64,000 nucleotides of DNA from an uncultured Lentisphaeraceae bacterium (GCA_949282555.1 CASDPK010000005.1:1-64000); one strand, 5' to 3'; shown: positions 1 through 9,348, counted from the first letter of the stretch. Notes: generated by a model not told the origin, from the letters alone. Translations and numbers: made by a program.

Positions 1-1
1 C

Positions 2-781
2 CGCGCCCTTACAAACCCCTTCCGCTTCTCCTCCGAATTCCACGACGACACCCTCGCCCTCGTCTACTACAACTACCGCCACTACAACCCCAAAGACGGC
101 CGGTGGCTGGGAAGGGATCCTGCAGGTGAAGAAGAGATAGGATTATGGCTATTTACTAAAAATTCACCCGTGTTCTTGATAGATATTTTAGGGCTTGAAT
201 GTACAAAACAATCCCCCACAAATGTTTCATTGTCTGCATCAGGGGATCTTTATGAGGGTTTCGGAGGAAGTATTGCTGTTGATTTAACTGGAACAGTTTA
301 CGATTGTTGTTGTGATGGACAACTCTACTACAAAGATGCGTTTGAACTTTCACTTACCATTACTGCTGAAATTGGTTTGGGTATTGGCTATCAGCACACG
401 TTGCCTGTTGTTGGTAAGGTTGGCGGAGTAATAAAGGGGCCTCAATATCACGTTTCTGGCGGCGGTGCCTTCTCAAAAGAATGTCGTAAGGATCAATGGT
501 CTGGCGAAATAACACTACTGGATATGCGGGGACGTGGAAATATAAGTGGAACCGCTGGTCTCTTTTGGGAGGCTAGTGCTGGTTATTCATGGGATTATGG
601 TCTCACAATAAAAGCCATGATGCAAGGGAAAGACAAAATTCGAATTGTCGGAACATATGGTTATCAACGTTCAGGAACAGTATCTGGAGGTGCGGGAGCG
701 GTAACAGTCGGAAAACCATTTGCTGAGGCGGATTTTAGAAAAGTTTTTCTTGACATGCGCATTAAACTACCTTGGAGGTGA
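2..781 (+). CDS. RHS/YD-repeat protein, 3' end (5' end lies outside the window), with the RHS core motif followed by a variable C-terminal toxin domain of about 220 aa
   Basis: Frame-2 translation from base 2 reads ...FRFSSEFHDDTLALVYYNYRHYNPKDGRWLGRDPAGEEE..., the conserved RHS repeat-associated core. It continues without a stop into the 170..781 ORF, a Gly-rich, low-GC domain of unknown fold. GC drops sharply after the core, as is typical of polymorphic toxin tips. Confidence 0.8.
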   Translation, partial: RALTNPFRFSSEFHDDTLALVYYNYRHYNPKDGRWLGRDPAGEEEIGLWLFTKNSPVFLIDILGLECTKQSPTNVSLSASGDLYEGFGGSIAVDLTGTVYDCCCDGQLYYKDAFELSLTITAEIGLGIGYQHTLPVVGKVGGVIKGPQYHVSGGGAFSKECRKDQWSGEITLLDMRGRGNISGTAGLFWEASAGYSWDYGLTIKAMMQGKDKIRIVGTYGYQRSGTVSGGAGAVTVGKPFAEADFRKVFLDMRIKLPWR

Positions 782-783
782 CA

Positions 784-1098
784 ATGCAAAAAGATGTTGT
801 TTCGATATTAATCGTATGGTTCGTTTTCGCCCCCATTTTCTTTACTGCACTTCTACTGTTTGGAATTGTCGCATTTCGACATTTACCGACACTTTTTCAT
901 AGCGTGCGAATTAAATCACTAGAACACAAGGGAAAAGCTTTTCCCAAACGTTTTTTTGTCGTCTTTCGTGAACAGCAGAAAGAGTGGAACCACGCTATGC
1001 AAAAAGAGGAAAAACTCCTTCATGTGGCTTACGTCCTCTATGCGTTAGCAATAGGCGTGTTACTCCTTCTTGCTCCCATCGTCTTCTTGCTCTTTTAA
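784..1098 (+). CDS. Putative cognate immunity protein, small two-TM membrane protein
   Basis: The ATG lies 2 nt after the toxin stop and 4 nt after a GGAGGTGA RBS. The 104-aa product has two hydrophobic helices. Position immediately 3' of an rhs toxin tip fits the immunity position. Confidence 0.55.
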   Translation: MQKDVVSILIVWFVFAPIFFTALLLFGIVAFRHLPTLFHSVRIKSLEHKGKAFPKRFFVVFREQQKEWNHAMQKEEKLLHVAYVLYALAIGVLLLLAPIVFLLF

Positions 1099-1128
1099 TT
1101 TTCGGTAAAGTGTTGAATCCCTCTTCAT

Positions 1129-2274
1129 ATGAGTAAGTGTAACTCTACAGCGAAGAATGCCACCGATGATATCACGGGTGAGTGGGCGGTGGAATGCAAC
1201 GCCGAGAATCGCCCCATCCGTTGGACGCAGGGGAACAAGGTCATCACCATGGGCTTTGACCGCATGGGGCGGCGGGTCTTCTACAAGGAGATGGAAGGCA
1301 ACCGCCAAATCACCCACACCCATCCAACAACTCTTTTCCAACAGCCCGTGGAACGTCTACAAGGAGTTCATTTGGGATCCCACGGAGCCCCTCGCCACGC
1401 GCCCCCTCTGCTTCCGACAGTACGGCCAGCGCTCGGCCTTCCTCCTGCACGACGGCAACAAGAATGTGACCGACGTCGTCACCGTCGGCCCCTTCAATGA
1501 GCCCGTCGCCCACTACGACTACGCCCCCTTCGGCGCCGTCACCGCCACAGGTGCCCGCGCCCTTACTACAACTACCGCCACTACAACCCCAAAGACGGAA
1601 GGTGGCTGGGGAGGGATGCCGTGGAAACCGAAAATGTTTATTCGTTTTGTGGGAACGACAGTATTACAATCGTCGATGTATACGGTAGAGTTGGGATTAA
1701 TACTAAACTTTTGAGCTATTATATGTCGCGTCTAGGTAATGGAAGAGTTATAAACGGAATAATTGACATCCTCAGTTCTGACTCCGAGGGGTACTACTCG
1801 TTTACTGATTCTGAGGATGAATTAAAAAGTGATTTTGTAGCGATAGCAAAAAATGCGGTTATTCACGATGCCGTAGATATTACGATTGACGAGTTCAATG
1901 TATGGACTACTCGTTCTTTTAGTACAACTAAAAGTTGGCAAATATCTGAGAAATTTAGGGTTACGCTCAACTCTTCTTCTCGAGTTGAGCTCTCTGGGAC
2001 ATATAAGGTAAAACAATGTGAAGATGGGAGACGTTTCGTTAAAGATGCAACCTGTGATGTTGTGTGGTATGATGAGATGGATGCGAACTCTTTTCGGGAA
2101 CTTTACTACAAAGAAGTCATAGGTGGGGGTGGATGGGAAAAAGTCTCTTCAAGTCGGGCGATAATTTTGATTACAGAGGGGCTTGTAGACTTAGTTGGGG
2201 ATAAAACATTAGGAGCTGACTTTAAGTTTAAAATCAGCAAGTCTGTCCGTTATGGCGGTTGTTGTGAGGAGTAG
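1129..2274 (+). pseudogene. Orphan rhs C-terminal cassette 1: rhs repeat/core fragment interrupted by frameshifts, carrying an alternative C-terminal toxin domain (1621..2274)
   Basis: Three overlapping frames (1129..1500, 1157..1714, 1621..2274) together encode GEWAVECNAENRPIRWTQGNKVITMGFDRMGRRVFYKEMEGNRQITHT ... YDYAPFGAVTATG ... LYYNYRHYNPKDGRWLGRD plus a new toxin tail. Compared with the gene at bases 1-130, about 55 nt are missing between ccgcgccctta and ctacaactaccgcc, which shifts the frame. There is no start codon at the fragment 5' end. Confidence 0.6.
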
Positions 2275-2275
2275 A

Positions 2276-2845
2276 ATGAAAAAGAAATACGTTTTGTTTG
2301 TTGTCGTTTTCCTCTTGGGGATACTTGTCGGAGGACTGTTTACTGCTTTGGACATGAATGTCACCAAGATTGGGCATTTATCGGACACGCATCTCAATGA
2401 TTCGTTAAATCAATGGTTGAAGGGCACCTTTCCACAGTTCAACGATAACGGCTCATGGATAATTGAGTTCGACAAGAAAAGTAATCCCCGCCACTCAACA
2501 CGGTCTTTTATTGTGCCGATACACACAACGATAGGAAGGTGGCGCGTATGGCGCCAAAAGTGGAATGGAAAGATTCGGGTAAAGTACCGTGTGGCGACAA
2601 ATCTATCGGTGGCTCCATCCAGCGAAACCGCGCTTGAATCTATTCTGTATCGCCTTCTTCAAGAGAAGGAAATTATGAGGTGGGAATGGCCTGATATCGT
2701 TTCAGAAACTGAAGGACGCTTTGTCTATTGTTTTAGCTCAAAAGCGCTTTTGAGAATGGAACAAGAGGCCCCTGATGATTTTCCTATTTTACTGGTTTTC
2801 CTGCTGAATAATGTTCCGCTTTGTGAGTCTGTAAATGATCTTTAG
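2276..2845 (+). CDS. Putative immunity protein for orphan toxin 1 (N-terminal TM/signal anchor)
   Basis: An ATG directly follows the toxin-2 stop (gaggagTAGaATGaaaaag). The product MKKKYVLFVVVFLLGILVGGLFTAL... is low-GC and unrelated to the flanking genes. Confidence 0.5.
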   Translation: MKKKYVLFVVVFLLGILVGGLFTALDMNVTKIGHLSDTHLNDSLNQWLKGTFPQFNDNGSWIIEFDKKSNPRHSTRSFIVPIHTTIGRWRVWRQKWNGKIRVKYRVATNLSVAPSSETALESILYRLLQEKEIMRWEWPDIVSETEGRFVYCFSSKALLRMEQEAPDDFPILLVFLLNNVPLCESVNDL

Positions 2846-3137
2846 TCGCAGAGCCTCTGTTCATCCCATTGCGGGCGAGTGGACGGTGGAATACAACGCC
2901 GAGAATCGCCCCATCCGCTGGACGCAGGGGAACAAGGTCATCACCATGGGCTTTGACCGCATGGGCCGGCGGGTCTTCTACAAGGAGATGGAGGGCAACC
3001 GCCAAATCACCCACACCGTCTTCCTCTACGATGGCTACCTCTGCATCCAGCAACTCTTCCCCAACAGCCCGTGGAACGTCTACAAGGAGTTCATTTGGGA
3101 TCCCACGGAGCCCCTCGCCAAAGGAACACACGAATGA
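2835..3137 (+). pseudogene. Orphan rhs fragment 2, truncated: repeat region only, no core and no toxin
   Basis: GEWTVEYNAENRPIRWTQGNKVITMGFDRMGRRVFYKEMEGNRQITHTVFLYDGYLCIQQLFPNSPWNVYKEFIWDPTEPLAKGTHE*. The roughly 245 nt at 2880-3125 is a near-identical direct repeat of 1180-1400. The frame ends before the YYNYRHYNP core. Confidence 0.6.
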
Positions 3138-3652
3138 AGAAACGTATCGTACATCATTACGTGCTCTTCGTTGGCATATGCCTCTTGGGAGGGATGCTTT
3201 CTTTGTTGCTTTTAACGAAAGGAAGCAAAGCTTTGCCATTGGGCGAGGTGTTGAGCGAGGATTTTGATAACGTAACAAAAGAAACCTCCGCCCTGCTCGG
3301 CGACATTCCGGAGTTAAATGCAAGGACAACGCTGGTTACTTGTCTCAGCACTTATGATCTCATCTTCTATGTGGAGGTTCAGGTTGTTCAACTTTGGATA
3401 ACCCCAACCGTATGGAAGCGATGGCGACAATTATCTTCGTCAGGGGGCACTATGCGAGAATTGACGCTCGAGCGAATGATTCCCATTTGGCGTGAGGTGG
3501 CCCAAACGTTTTTGCCGACCGATTCATCTTACTTATATTGGAATTATCCGTTAAAGAACGGTTGGCGAGTGTCGATGATGTCGGCGTCTCATCAGGCGAA
3601 CCATCGTCTAATTCCTGTGTTGGTCGTATTTAGGCGTCCAGGTGTGCGTTAA
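3134..3652 (+). CDS. Small membrane protein, putative orphan immunity gene fused by an ATGA overlap to rhs fragment 2
   Basis: The ATG overlaps the fragment-2 stop. The 172-aa product has an N-terminal TM (HYVLFVGICLLGGMLSLLLL) and is low-GC. Confidence 0.4.
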   Translation: MKKRIVHHYVLFVGICLLGGMLSLLLLTKGSKALPLGEVLSEDFDNVTKETSALLGDIPELNARTTLVTCLSTYDLIFYVEVQVVQLWITPTVWKRWRQLSSSGGTMRELTLERMIPIWREVAQTFLPTDSSYLYWNYPLKNGWRVSMMSASHQANHRLIPVLVVFRRPGVR

Positions 3653-3753
3653 TCTTTGCTTATAGATGGCAGCGATTGACGTTTTGCGAAGCGATGTTTT
3701 GTGTTACCCACCCAAGAAGGTATAATGTGAATGTGCATAGAAAGGAGTTTCCC

Positions 3754-4299
3754 ATGAGATGCGGTCTGATTCTATTGTTGTCTATGTTTTACACGCTTGC
3801 CACCCCCCTTTTTGGGCAAGCGCAGGCAAATGCCGAGCTTCCAGCGCGCGCCTCTACGGAAATGGCAGAGGAGATCTATGAAAAGGCCACGGAGATCGGC
3901 AAATTGTGGCAACTGATTCCCCCGACAGTAACGCAAAGAGAGGTGAAAAGCAGTCATTGGGGGGATTTTGTCGCAAACATTGTATGGCTCAACGTGCTCT
4001 TTGCCCGTGTTGGAAATCTCCCAGTGAACGAACCCGCGACGTTTGAAACGTTTTGCAAAGAAGAAGAACACAACATAAAGCGGAGAGGGGAAATTCTGTC
4101 GTATTTCACAAAAGAAGAAACACGAATGCTATTTAATCTAACGACGTTTGCCACAAACAAGAAAGTCGCGCAGGGTGTCATCGATTATCTTTCCAAGCAA
4201 AACAAGCTCGATGAGTTCAATGCGCGATTATTGAAGATACGTAATGCGTACACCAAAGAGACAGAGATCGTCCACAAAATCCTCCGTGGACCTATTTAA
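3754..4299 (+). CDS. Secreted hypothetical protein with a signal peptide
   Basis: AAGGAG RBS followed by ATG MRCGLILLLSMFYTLATPLFGQAQA. There is a TATAAT box about 30 nt upstream. The region is low-GC. Confidence 0.45.
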   Translation: MRCGLILLLSMFYTLATPLFGQAQANAELPARASTEMAEEIYEKATEIGKLWQLIPPTVTQREVKSSHWGDFVANIVWLNVLFARVGNLPVNEPATFETFCKEEEHNIKRRGEILSYFTKEETRMLFNLTTFATNKKVAQGVIDYLSKQNKLDEFNARLLKIRNAYTKETEIVHKILRGPI

Positions 4300-4506
4300 T
4301 ACGTTATGATCAACGTCTACCCATGGCGAGAATTTGAGACCTGCGCCGATCTCTAACGCCACTGGGGACGCCGTGTCAAGAGACGCACGGTGAGACATAC
4401 GAAAACTTGCCAAGAATGCACACAGGTTTTCAATTCTCTCTTTTGTGTTACACTTGCATGATGGTTCGACGGTCAATCGATCCTGTAAACGAAAGGACAA
4501 CAACAC

Positions 4507-6924
4507 GTGAAGGCTGGATATTGGTTTGGATGCACGGTTGTGGCATTGGCATTGGCGGGGTGCGAGGCGCCGTTGCCGAAAGTGACCTTGCAGGATGGCA
4601 CAGAGGTCCGCGTGACGGAACTCAAGGCCGGGACGGCCGAAGAACTCCCGGGGAATCCTTCTGCCGCTCGGCTTTCAGAGCGAGAAACTCGGAAAATCAC
4701 CCCTTACACACTGAAACAAGAAGGCCCAGAGGGGCTACGACTTACCCTGAAGAGTTATGACCACAAACTGGAGGGAGGCCACTATCTCCGCGTGTTCATG
4801 ACCATCCAGAACGTCTCCGACCAACCGCTTGCGTTGGATCGCGTGTATGCCGCCGATGCCTTTTCTCCGAAAGACCGAAAGGGGACCTTCTCCCTAAACG
4901 GCAACACGGACGGCGCCGTCTTGATCTTTACGCCCGAACAAGGCGATGGCCTCGAATGGTTTGCCATTGAACACCCCATGGCGCGTTACGAGGTGAGCGA
5001 CGGCCTACGTACCTTGCCGCGAAAGACCACCTACACCTTCGCCGATCTGACGAACGCAAGACAAGGCGGGCAATTCCACGTTCCGGCCAAGGTGACTTTC
5101 GAGACGGTTCAAGTGACCCTATCCTACACCGGCGGGAATCTCAAGGCCATCTACTCCAAGGTGGAAGCCATCGACCCCACGACTGGCGAAGTCTTGGCAA
5201 CAGACGCACACTTGGGCGAAAGTGGTGATACCTCCAAAGACAATGTCTATACACTGACCAACCTGCCCCCCGGCCATGAGGTGGCGTTGCGAATCTCTGC
5301 CCATACCGACGGGACCGGCGCATCGAACGGGCGTATCACCCTTAAAGGCGCGGAACACATCGACTGTGTGAGGTTGGCGCAACCCACCTCACTCACGGCC
5401 TATGTCCCCGTCAATGACACGCTTGCCCCCAGAGAAACGCTCACGTTCTCGGCCGTCTACGGAAAGTGCGACGAAGCGGGACAATTGCGCCGGACGTTCA
5501 ACGCCTATCTCAACGCGGAACGCGCACATCCCCACCGCGTCTTGCCGCATTACAACTCATGGTACGATCTGTGCATCAACCGCAATGACAAAGACGTCTC
5601 CGGGCGTTTCACCGAAGCGGAAGCCCTCTCTTCCATGCGTGCCTTCCGGAAAGAGCTCCACGAGAAACGGGGAGTCTTCATCAGCTCGTATCTTTGGGAT
5701 GACGGTTGGGATGAATGGGACTCTCTTTGGGACTTCAACACCAACTTTCCCCAGGGATTCCGCAATCTCGCCGATGAGGCGCACAAAGTGCCCGGAGCGT
5801 CCATCGGTTGCTGGATGAGCCCTTTCGGCGGATACGGCGGCTCTTTCTCCAGGCGTTTGGCCTACGCAAAGCGGAAAGGCTACGTGGACGCCAACGCCCC
5901 CGGCTTGCAACTCTCCAAGCCCATTTATTATGCCGCCTTCCGGGACCGTGTGCTCACGATGATCCGAGAATACGACATGAACCTGTTCAAGTTTGACCGG
6001 ATGGGGTCAGGCTCCGATGCCACCGGCGCGGCCGAACGTTACGCCGCGGATCTGCGGGCCGTCGGCAAGCTCTGCGGGGAAATGCGCGCGACCAAGCAGG
6101 ACGTCTTTATCAACTGTACCGTCGGCACCTGGGCCTCGCCCTACTGGCTCATGTGGTGCGACAGCATCTGGCGCGGCGGCAACGACTGCGCGGGTATCGG
6201 TTCGGTGGGGACGGCCCGTCAGCGGTGGCTGACCTATCGCGACGACGTGATCCATGACCGCTTCGCGTCCAAAGCGCCCCTCTTCCCGCTCAACTCCATG
6301 ATGATGCATGGCATCATTGTCTGCAAGAGCTCCCCCCACAACACCATGCGGGATTACAAGGGAACCGGCAACCACGTCTACGCCGGCGAGGGCTACGCCA
6401 CCCCCACCGCATGCGCCGACTTCGCCTCCGAAGTGTGGATGAGCATGGCGCTCGGGACTGGGCTTCAAGAGTACTACATCTCCCCCACCCTCATGAGCGA
6501 GACGTGGTGGGACATTCTGGCCGACGGCATCAAGTGGCTCAAGGCAAACGAAGACACGCTCGTGGATTCCCACTGGATTGGCGGGAATCCCGCCGACGAA
6601 GCCAACGGCAATGCCCTGAAAGACATTTATGGTTACGCCTCGCTCGGAAAGGACAAGGGAATCATTCTCTTGCGCAACCCCTCCGACAAGACCCAAACGA
6701 TTAAGGTGGATTTCGATGGTTGGCTGGAGATGCCCAAGGCCCGCCAAGGTTCGCCGTGCCGTCCAACGATGGTCTTCAACTCCACCGCCGCCTACGAGAA
6801 TGCCGGCAAGCCCGGCGCCTTTGTCCCCGTTTGGCCCAAAACCACCGCCGAACAAGTGACATGGCAACTCCCGCCCTTCGCCGTTGTGCTCTTTGAGCTG
6901 GAGTTGGGCACCGCCAAGAAATAG
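4507..6924 (+). CDS. Lipoprotein, putative glycoside hydrolase (TIM-barrel, alpha-galactosidase-like)
   Basis: GTG start. Lipobox LALAGC. The 805-aa product has motifs LWDDGWDEWD, CWMSPFGGYG and FKFDRMG that recall GH27/36-type hydrolases. The family assignment is uncertain. Confidence 0.4.
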   Translation: MKAGYWFGCTVVALALAGCEAPLPKVTLQDGTEVRVTELKAGTAEELPGNPSAARLSERETRKITPYTLKQEGPEGLRLTLKSYDHKLEGGHYLRVFMTIQNVSDQPLALDRVYAADAFSPKDRKGTFSLNGNTDGAVLIFTPEQGDGLEWFAIEHPMARYEVSDGLRTLPRKTTYTFADLTNARQGGQFHVPAKVTFETVQVTLSYTGGNLKAIYSKVEAIDPTTGEVLATDAHLGESGDTSKDNVYTLTNLPPGHEVALRISAHTDGTGASNGRITLKGAEHIDCVRLAQPTSLTAYVPVNDTLAPRETLTFSAVYGKCDEAGQLRRTFNAYLNAERAHPHRVLPHYNSWYDLCINRNDKDVSGRFTEAEALSSMRAFRKELHEKRGVFISSYLWDDGWDEWDSLWDFNTNFPQGFRNLADEAHKVPGASIGCWMSPFGGYGGSFSRRLAYAKRKGYVDANAPGLQLSKPIYYAAFRDRVLTMIREYDMNLFKFDRMGSGSDATGAAERYAADLRAVGKLCGEMRATKQDVFINCTVGTWASPYWLMWCDSIWRGGNDCAGIGSVGTARQRWLTYRDDVIHDRFASKAPLFPLNSMMMHGIIVCKSSPHNTMRDYKGTGNHVYAGEGYATPTACADFASEVWMSMALGTGLQEYYISPTLMSETWWDILADGIKWLKANEDTLVDSHWIGGNPADEANGNALKDIYGYASLGKDKGIILLRNPSDKTQTIKVDFDGWLEMPKARQGSPCRPTMVFNSTAAYENAGKPGAFVPVWPKTTAEQVTWQLPPFAVVLFELELGTAKK

Positions 6925-6948
6925 CACGGTGATAAATCCATCCCCTCA

Positions 6949-6984
6949 CAGCAGGAGCCCTCACTGGGCTCCTGCTGTTTTATT
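6949..6984 (+). terminator. Rho-independent terminator after the hydrolase gene
   Basis: cagcaggagccc-tcact-gggctcctgctg followed by TTTTATT. Confidence 0.6.
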
Positions 6985-7061
6985 CGATCCAACAAAAAAG
7001 GCGTGCCGAAGCACGCCGTAAGAGAAAATCCACCGGGGCGACAAACGCCCAAGCGTTCCAA

Positions 7062-7517
7062 TCATGCCACGCCCAAAGACCCCACGGCAATGAGCGTGAA
7101 GACCATCACGAAGATTGCGGTAGTTTCGATAATGCCGAGCGCGGCGAGGTTGTTGGTGAAGCCCTGCCCGGTCTCGCCCTGGGCATCAGCGGAGCATCCG
7201 CCCGCGCGCCCTTGGAAAATGGCGGACATCCCAATGCCAAGCCCGGCGAAGATGCCGAGGATCAGCATTCCAAAGCCACCACCCGCAATGACCTTTGTGC
7301 CGATCATGGTGAACATCAGAATCATCCCGTAGAGCGTCTGCGTGATGGGCGCGCCGACATAGGCCAGCAGCAGGAAGGGGGCCGGACGGTTTTGGGCGTA
7401 GCACTTCTTCCAAGCGCCGATGGCGCCGGCGGCGGCAAAGCCCGTGCCAATGGCAGAGCCCAACCCAGAGAGTGCGAGACAGGCGACGGCGCCTGCGACG
7501 GTGAGTGCGGTATCCAT
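7062..7517 (-). CDS. atpK: V/A-type ATP synthase subunit K (proteolipid, duplicated hairpin)
   Basis: The 151-aa Gly/Ala-rich product has four TM helices. It carries TQ (PITQTLYG), Q (AIFQG) and ET (GIIETTA) motifs at the positions of the Na+-binding signature. Confidence 0.8.
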   Translation of the reverse strand: MDTALTVAGAVACLALSGLGSAIGTGFAAAGAIGAWKKCYAQNRPAPFLLLAYVGAPITQTLYGMILMFTMIGTKVIAGGGFGMLILGIFAGLGIGMSAIFQGRAGGCSADAQGETGQGFTNNLAALGIIETTAIFVMVFTLIAVGSLGVA

Positions 7518-7530
7518 AGTGTGTGTTCCT

Positions 7531-9348
7531 TTACTGTTGAGGTTGTTTGAAAGGGAGATAGGGAAGGCCCGACCACGTGATTCCCTTGGCGTTCGAGAAC
7601 TCCAAGGTGTTCAGGCGGACAGCGTGCACGAGCACGGAGAGCGCCCCCATCGCAAGATTAAGCCCATGGCCCACCAACAAGATGGCACAGACGGCCAAGA
7701 CGCGGGGCACGATGGGAAGATCAAGCCCCAAGGCCATGGCGTTGAAGTTCTCCGCCACTTTGACGGAGGCAAGGCCAACGGCAAAGAGACGAACATAGCT
7801 GATGATGTCACCCATCGCGCTGATGACGTTGAGCGGGAGCATTCCGATGCTGATGCCCTCGTGGCGGATATCCGCCAACAACGGCACAAGGATCAGCGCC
7901 ACATTGCCTCCGAGGAACCACCACGTCCATGCGGGCGAGGTGAACCAACTCACCACAATGCCGCACACGATCAGGAACATGCTCCACGTCACGCCCAGCC
8001 ATCCCAGCTCACCCACAGCTTTGAGGTTCGGCGCCAGCAGAACGGCATTCCAAAGCCGCGCCACGGAAAGATGAAGCGCGCCGATGAGGAAGCACAGGAA
8101 CATGAGGTTGCTGTCATTCCCCAACCATGCCACCGTCGGGAGGTTCGCCAAGGCCGCGGGCAACGCATCCTTGGCAATGCCAAAGTAGGTTCCCGAAAGG
8201 ATGCCCCAAACGATCGTGGACAGGCAGAACACCGTGAGGATCAGCAACACCGGGCGCGCCACCGCCGACGTTCTCAACTTCCATCCCGCCGCCAGCACGC
8301 CGGCCAACATCACGACGCCATAACCGGCGTCGCCCACGAGCATGGCAAAGAAGAGGGAGAAAAAGAGATAGAACGGCACGGAACAATCCCCCTCCGTGTA
8401 GCCCGGCAGAATGCCAAGCCCCTTGAAGAGCATCCCAATGGAGCGGAATCCACGCGGAGGCTCCAAGAGTACGGGAACGTTCGGATCGTCCGCCTCGGGC
8501 ACTTCCAGCACAATGCCCCACCCCTCGCTCTGGGCCTTGGCCGTCACGGCCTCGGCTGCACGCGCCGGGACATAACCTTGCAAGTAAGCCACTTCGCCTT
8601 CATTCCGAAGGTTCGCGGCGACCTCAACCGCCGTCCGCTCGGCTTGTCGCGTTGCCACCTCTCGGCGGAAAAGCGGACGGAGTTTTGCGGCCTCTGCCGC
8701 CAACCGCTCCACACATCGATCCGCCAATGCCTGCGCCTCCTGCGCCCTTGACTGCAACGTCTGCGTGGAATGCTTCGGCGGAAGGATCGCCTCAAAGCCC
8801 TCCGGCAAAGGTTCTTTGGAGACCCATGCACCATAGACGAATCCACCTTCCACGCCAAACGCGAAGGCTCCCTGCAACTCGGTTTTCTCCGGTGCCCTGA
8901 ACAGCATCACGGGAAGCCCCTCTCGCGTCAAGGCCGCAAGCGTCTCAGGATCAACGGAACCGAACGGCGCCAGCCGACGGAGTTCAAGCTGACACGCGAA
9001 AGCCTCCTCGCGCAGGCGAGTGACAATCTCAGCCGCACGGTTCACGGCCTCAGAAGTCCGGAAATCGGAAGTCTCGCGCGCGGCTTCGGCCAACGCCTCA
9101 AACGCCATCCCGGCGACCGGCGAGGCGGCATCCGGATGGAACGCGAAGGCCCCGTTCCGCTCCGCGACATCAAGCACACGCAGCGCCTGCTCAGTGGCAG
9201 CAACAGATGCGGAAGCCTGGCGGATTTCCTCGCCATCGCGCACCTCAAGACTCACGTGCACACATCCCAATTCGCGCAGGGCAACCAGCGCGGCGGCACA
9301 CGCCTTGGAGGAACACAGCAGCGTGAGTCGTTGCATCGGAACAATCAT
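7531..9348 (-). CDS. atpI: V/A-type ATP synthase subunit I
   Basis: About 605 aa with a hydrophilic N-terminal half and a polytopic C-terminal half. Start MIVPMQRL preceded by GGAGG, overlapping the atpD stop by ATGA. Confidence 0.8.
   Translation of the reverse strand: MIVPMQRLTLLCSSKACAAALVALRELGCVHVSLEVRDGEEIRQASASVAATEQALRVLDVAERNGAFAFHPDAASPVAGMAFEALAEAARETSDFRTSEAVNRAAEIVTRLREEAFACQLELRRLAPFGSVDPETLAALTREGLPVMLFRAPEKTELQGAFAFGVEGGFVYGAWVSKEPLPEGFEAILPPKHSTQTLQSRAQEAQALADRCVERLAAEAAKLRPLFRREVATRQAERTAVEVAANLRNEGEVAYLQGYVPARAAEAVTAKAQSEGWGIVLEVPEADDPNVPVLLEPPRGFRSIGMLFKGLGILPGYTEGDCSVPFYLFFSLFFAMLVGDAGYGVVMLAGVLAAGWKLRTSAVARPVLLILTVFCLSTIVWGILSGTYFGIAKDALPAALANLPTVAWLGNDSNLMFLCFLIGALHLSVARLWNAVLLAPNLKAVGELGWLGVTWSMFLIVCGIVVSWFTSPAWTWWFLGGNVALILVPLLADIRHEGISIGMLPLNVISAMGDIISYVRLFAVGLASVKVAENFNAMALGLDLPIVPRVLAVCAILLVGHGLNLAMGALSVLVHAVRLNTLEFSNAKGITWSGLPYLPFKQPQQ

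Noticed and set aside
6007-8751. Long ORFs 6007..6927 (-) and 7420..8751 (+)
   Set aside because: Antisense to the hydrolase gene and to V-ATPase subunit I respectively.
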